Of a stretch of DNA of 64,000 nt, positions 61,046 through 64,000 are shown in pieces. The position numbers and the translations under genes are program-made. Where the stretch lies: the NCBI GenBank assembly GCA_016192685.1, contig JACPTS010000001.1, forward strand, positions 394,628-458,627. Reading direction: 5' to 3'. Positions within the stretch are counted from its first letter, which is position 1. Every line of letters begins with the position of its first letter. Source of the DNA: Candidatus Harrisonbacteria bacterium (lineage in GTDB: Bacteria > Patescibacteriota > Minisyncoccia > UBA6257 > 02-FULL-45-10c). Below the pieces are notes generated by a model. The model was not told where the DNA came from. It made no database searches and saw only the letters and a program-made list of their open reading frames with translations.

Positions 61046-62125
61046 ATGGCCTTTGGATTTTTTAAAAAGTTTTTTCCCGTCAAATCTTCTCTTGGCATTG
61101 ACATTGGCACCGCCTCCATAAAATTAGCGGAGATTAAAAAAGATTCGGCTCAGCCGGAACTTTTAAATTACGGGATTTTGGAGAGTTACGGCCATTTAGA
61201 ACGGCCGAACAGCGCTATCCAAACCAGCACTCTTAAAATGCTGGACAGGGAAACTGCCGAGCTTTTAAAAATTCTTTTAAAAAATTCCGGCGTAAAATCA
61301 ACTGACGCGGTGGCCGCCCTCCCGGCCTTTTCTTCTTTTGTCGCGCTTTTAGAAATGCCGGCGATGTCCGGAAAAGATACCACTCAGGCGATGCAATTCC
61401 AGGCTAAGCAGTATATTCCTTTGCCGATTTCCGAAGTGACGATTGATTGGCTGAAAGTCGGCGAGCGGCAGGATGCCAAGGGTAATTCGGTTCAGCAAAT
61501 TTTATTGGTTTCCGTTCCGAATGAACAGATAGAGAAATACAAAAATATTTTTAAATGGGCAGGTTTAAATTTAACGGCATTGGAAGTTGAAGGCCTTTCC
61601 AGTTCCAGAGCTTTAACCGGCAATAATAGCAAAACCGCTTTAATTATGGACATCGGCTCCCGTTCTACCGCTATATCCATTGCCCAAAGCGGCTTATTAA
61701 AATTTTCCGGCCAAACTGATTTTTCCGGCGGCTCTTTAACCCAAACGCTGGCCGCTGGTCTTAATATCCGGCCGCGCCGGGCAGAAGATTTAAAAAAACA
61801 GCGGGGACTCAGGGGAACCGGCGGAGAATACGAGTTATCCACTTTAATGCTCCCGATTCTGGATGTTATAATAAATGAAGCAAGAAGAGTCAAGGAGAAT
61901 TACGAGAAGGCCTATAATGATAAAGTAGAGCAGGTTATTTTGTCCGGCGGCGGAGCTAATTTATTGGGGGTGGCGCCTTACGTTCAAGAGGCTTTAGCTT
62001 TGCCTGCCAGTAAGGCCAATCCGTTTTCCCAACTGCGTTATCCATCTGGGATTGAGCCGTTTGTCGGCGAATTAGGGCCCCAGTTTTCCGTTGCCATTGG
62101 ATTGGCGATGAAACCGTTCCAATAA
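61046..62125 (+). CDS. pilM: type IV pilus assembly protein PilM
   Basis: Actin-like ATPase fold start LGIDIGTASIKLAEI and a second ASKHA motif LIMDIGSRSTAISI. Confidence 0.75.
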   Translation: MAFGFFKKFFPVKSSLGIDIGTASIKLAEIKKDSAQPELLNYGILESYGHLERPNSAIQTSTLKMLDRETAELLKILLKNSGVKSTDAVAALPAFSSFVALLEMPAMSGKDTTQAMQFQAKQYIPLPISEVTIDWLKVGERQDAKGNSVQQILLVSVPNEQIEKYKNIFKWAGLNLTALEVEGLSSSRALTGNNSKTALIMDIGSRSTAISIAQSGLLKFSGQTDFSGGSLTQTLAAGLNIRPRRAEDLKKQRGLRGTGGEYELSTLMLPILDVIINEARRVKENYEKAYNDKVEQVILSGGGANLLGVAPYVQEALALPASKANPFSQLRYPSGIEPFVGELGPQFSVAIGLAMKPFQ

Positions 62126-62137
62126 ATTTTAGATTTT

Positions 62138-62683
62138 ATGCCTCAGCAGTTTAATCAAAGCCCTCTCAATCAATTTGAATCGGAAAATCTGCCGGTCGGC
62201 TGGCCGTGGCGGTTTTTTTCCGCGTCTTTAATTATTTTTTTAACTTCCCTTTTGATTTTTTTGGGTTTGACCCTGGGCTACGGCCCATACCTCCGTTCCC
62301 AAATTCAGGAAACGGACGCCAAAATTAACCAGCTTTTGGAAACGGTTTCCAAAGAAGACCAAGAGAAATTTATCCAATTTTATTCTCAGCTGGTAAATTT
62401 AAAAAATCTTTTGGATAATCATATCGCCAGCTCAAAAATTTTTCCTTGGCTGGAAAAAATTACCAACCAAAAAGTTTATTATGGCAATTTAAATTTGCGG
62501 GTGCCGGAAAAAGAACTGGAATTGGAGGGACTGGCCGATTCTTACGCGGTTTTAGGAGAGCAATTGGAGGCTTTTAACCAGGCGCCGGAAATTGAACGCT
62601 ATCTCATGAACCAATCGCAGGTTAGCGGGAATTTAGTCCAATTTAAAGTGACCCTAAAATTAAAAGATGAAACCATCCACTAA
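62138..62683 (+). CDS. pilN: PilN-like pilus assembly protein
   Basis: Single N-terminal TM plus a coiled-coil periplasmic region. Position after pilM. Confidence 0.5.
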   Translation: MPQQFNQSPLNQFESENLPVGWPWRFFSASLIIFLTSLLIFLGLTLGYGPYLRSQIQETDAKINQLLETVSKEDQEKFIQFYSQLVNLKNLLDNHIASSKIFPWLEKITNQKVYYGNLNLRVPEKELELEGLADSYAVLGEQLEAFNQAPEIERYLMNQSQVSGNLVQFKVTLKLKDETIH

Positions 62684-63236
62684 AAGAGCTTTAAGTTTAA
62701 TTCTTTCCGCGGGTTTTTTGATCGCGGCTTTGGTCATTTACGGCACTTTTATCCGTCCGGAATACCGGTTAATTTTGGGTTGGCGCGGCGAATTGGCGTC
62801 TAAATCAAATCTTTTGGAAAAACAGCAGGCGGTTATGACCAATATGCAAAATTTAATCGCTCAATATCGCAGTACGGAAAGATTAGGCGATTCCTTGTCT
62901 CTGGCCCTGCCGGTAAAAGAAAATGTTTCTTCCGTTATGTCCCAGCTTAACGCCGTCTCTCAATTTTCCGGATTGGCGCTTCAATCAGTCGGTATTTCTT
63001 ATCTGCCGATTAAATCAGCGCCCGGAAAATCTTCCCTAAATCAGGGATTGGGGGCTTTCCGGCTGGATTTGCGCCTGTTTGGAAATTATTCCGGATTAAA
63101 AAAATTTTTATCCGCCCTGGAAACCAATATTCAAATAATGGATGTTAAAGCGTTAAAATTAGAACCAGCCAGTAAAACCGAATCGGATATTTTTACTTAT
63201 CTTTTAACCGTCGATACTTATTATCAAACAAAATAA
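62667..63236 (+). CDS. pilO: PilO-like pilus assembly protein
   Basis: Single TM plus a coiled-coil region. Overlaps the pilN stop. Synteny pilMNO. Confidence 0.5.
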   Translation: MKPSTKRALSLILSAGFLIAALVIYGTFIRPEYRLILGWRGELASKSNLLEKQQAVMTNMQNLIAQYRSTERLGDSLSLALPVKENVSSVMSQLNAVSQFSGLALQSVGISYLPIKSAPGKSSLNQGLGAFRLDLRLFGNYSGLKKFLSALETNIQIMDVKALKLEPASKTESDIFTYLLTVDTYYQTK

Positions 63237-63242
63237 ATCGTC

Positions 63243-63530
63243 ATGGCTTTAGTTTTTGAAGGTGAGAAAAAATTTAATTGGAGGGGGGTGGCAATCGTGG
63301 CGGCAGTTATTTTGGCTGTTGGCGGAGCGGCTTACTTTCTGTTTTTTACGCCGGTTCCGGCAATTGAAATTATCGTGCCGCCGGCCGCCCGCTCCATTGA
63401 AGAACTTTCCGGCGCCCATTTTGACCCGGCCGGAGTAGTGAATAGCGAAGATTTCCGTTCGCTCCGCCGTTACGCCGGCCAGCCGAGCATCGGCCAAATC
63501 GGCAGGCCGAATCCTTTCATTAAGTTTTAA
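63243..63530 (+). CDS. small single-TM protein (possible PilP analogue)
   Basis: 95-aa ORF with one TM helix, downstream of pilO. Confidence 0.35.
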   Translation: MALVFEGEKKFNWRGVAIVAAVILAVGGAAYFLFFTPVPAIEIIVPPAARSIEELSGAHFDPAGVVNSEDFRSLRRYAGQPSIGQIGRPNPFIKF

Positions 63531-63544
63531 TAAATATAATACGA

Positions 63545-63640
63545 ATCTACAAATTTATTCTAATCTACAAATATACAAATAAATTTATATTCGTTATTTG
63601 TAGATTGGCATTCATTCGTAGATTAGTATTACATCAAGCG
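63545..63640. promoter_or_regulatory. repeat-rich putative operator/promoter region upstream of pilB
   Basis: Two direct copies of AATCTACAAAT and two inverted copies (ATTTGTAGATT, CGTAGATTAG) within 90 bp. Confidence 0.45.
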
Positions 63641-63653
63641 TAAGCGTATATGG

Positions 63654-64000
63654 ATGATAAACAATTACTAGACAATTTAATTTCGGCCGGCCTTTTGGCT
63701 AAAGAGGCGGCGGAAAAACTTTTAAAAGAAATGGAGCTTTTGGGTAAAAGCGCCGAGGAAATTATTTACGACCGCCGCTTGGTTCCGGAAGAGGAGGTAA
63801 TAAAAATTAAAAGCCAGCTTTTAAAAATTCCTTATAAGAAAATCAATGTGGAAGAAATCACCAAGGAGCTGCTGGCGAATATTCCGGAAGAAGTAGCCCG
63901 GACTTATAAAGTAATTCCGCTTTCCAAAGCCAAGGATTTGTTAGTGGTGGGAATGGTCAGCCCGATGGATTCTCAGGCGCAGGATGCTCTTCGTTTTGTC
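63654..64000 (+). CDS. pilB: type II/IV secretion system ATPase PilB/GspE, N-terminal part (runs off the window)
   Basis: GspE_N-type domain (LLAKEAAEKLLKEMELLGKSAEEIIYDRRLVPEEEV...). Confidence 0.7.

Overview
This 64 kb window comes from a low-GC, gene-dense bacterial chromosome. It resembles Patescibacteria/CPR genomes: dimeric archaeal-type GlyRS, a short MetRS, a SWIB-domain protein, a reduced RNase P RNA candidate, type IV pilus/competence genes and many small membrane proteins. It opens with the 3' end of an rRNA operon (23S 3' end plus 5S). Then comes a conserved housekeeping block: SEDS-family FtsW/RodA, mltG, rpoB, rpoC, rpsF-ssb-rpsR and a PAP2 phosphatase. The middle and later part holds further housekeeping genes (parB, rel, topA, dprA, a sigma-70/ECF factor, rluA-type synthase, rplS, recO, glyS, metG, tatD, leuS, htrA, a P-type ATPase, guaB, an epimerase, comFC, pilMNO and a partial pilB) and ten tRNAs plus one pseudo-tRNA. 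The most striking feature is a complete pupylation-type cluster at 12.0-18.5 kb. It has an ARC/Mpa-like AAA+ ATPase, a Dop/PafA-family enzyme, a clearly recognisable Pup (C-terminal ...FRQKSGQ) and two further PafA/Dop-like paralogs. The two paralogs share identical gene-conversion tracts, and their C-terminal domains sit in the +1 frame. No 20S proteasome genes lie in the cluster. Other notable items follow. Short in-frame heptanucleotide tandem repeats, with a shared ACGACYR motif, are inserted in metG, tatD and leuS. A free-standing LAGLIDADG endonuclease is followed, 3' of a tRNA-Leu(GAG), by a small GC-rich island carrying an RHH/RelE toxin-antitoxin pair. A 1.9 kb HNH-endonuclease/XRE cassette is bounded by 149-bp perfect terminal inverted repeats and abuts the 3' end of tRNA-Ser. 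A VKOR-DoxX-cupredoxin-like-thioredoxin::phosphatase operon is present. Several GC-rich hairpin-rich intergenic elements occur, one of which duplicates the 3' end of tRNA-Ser(CGA).
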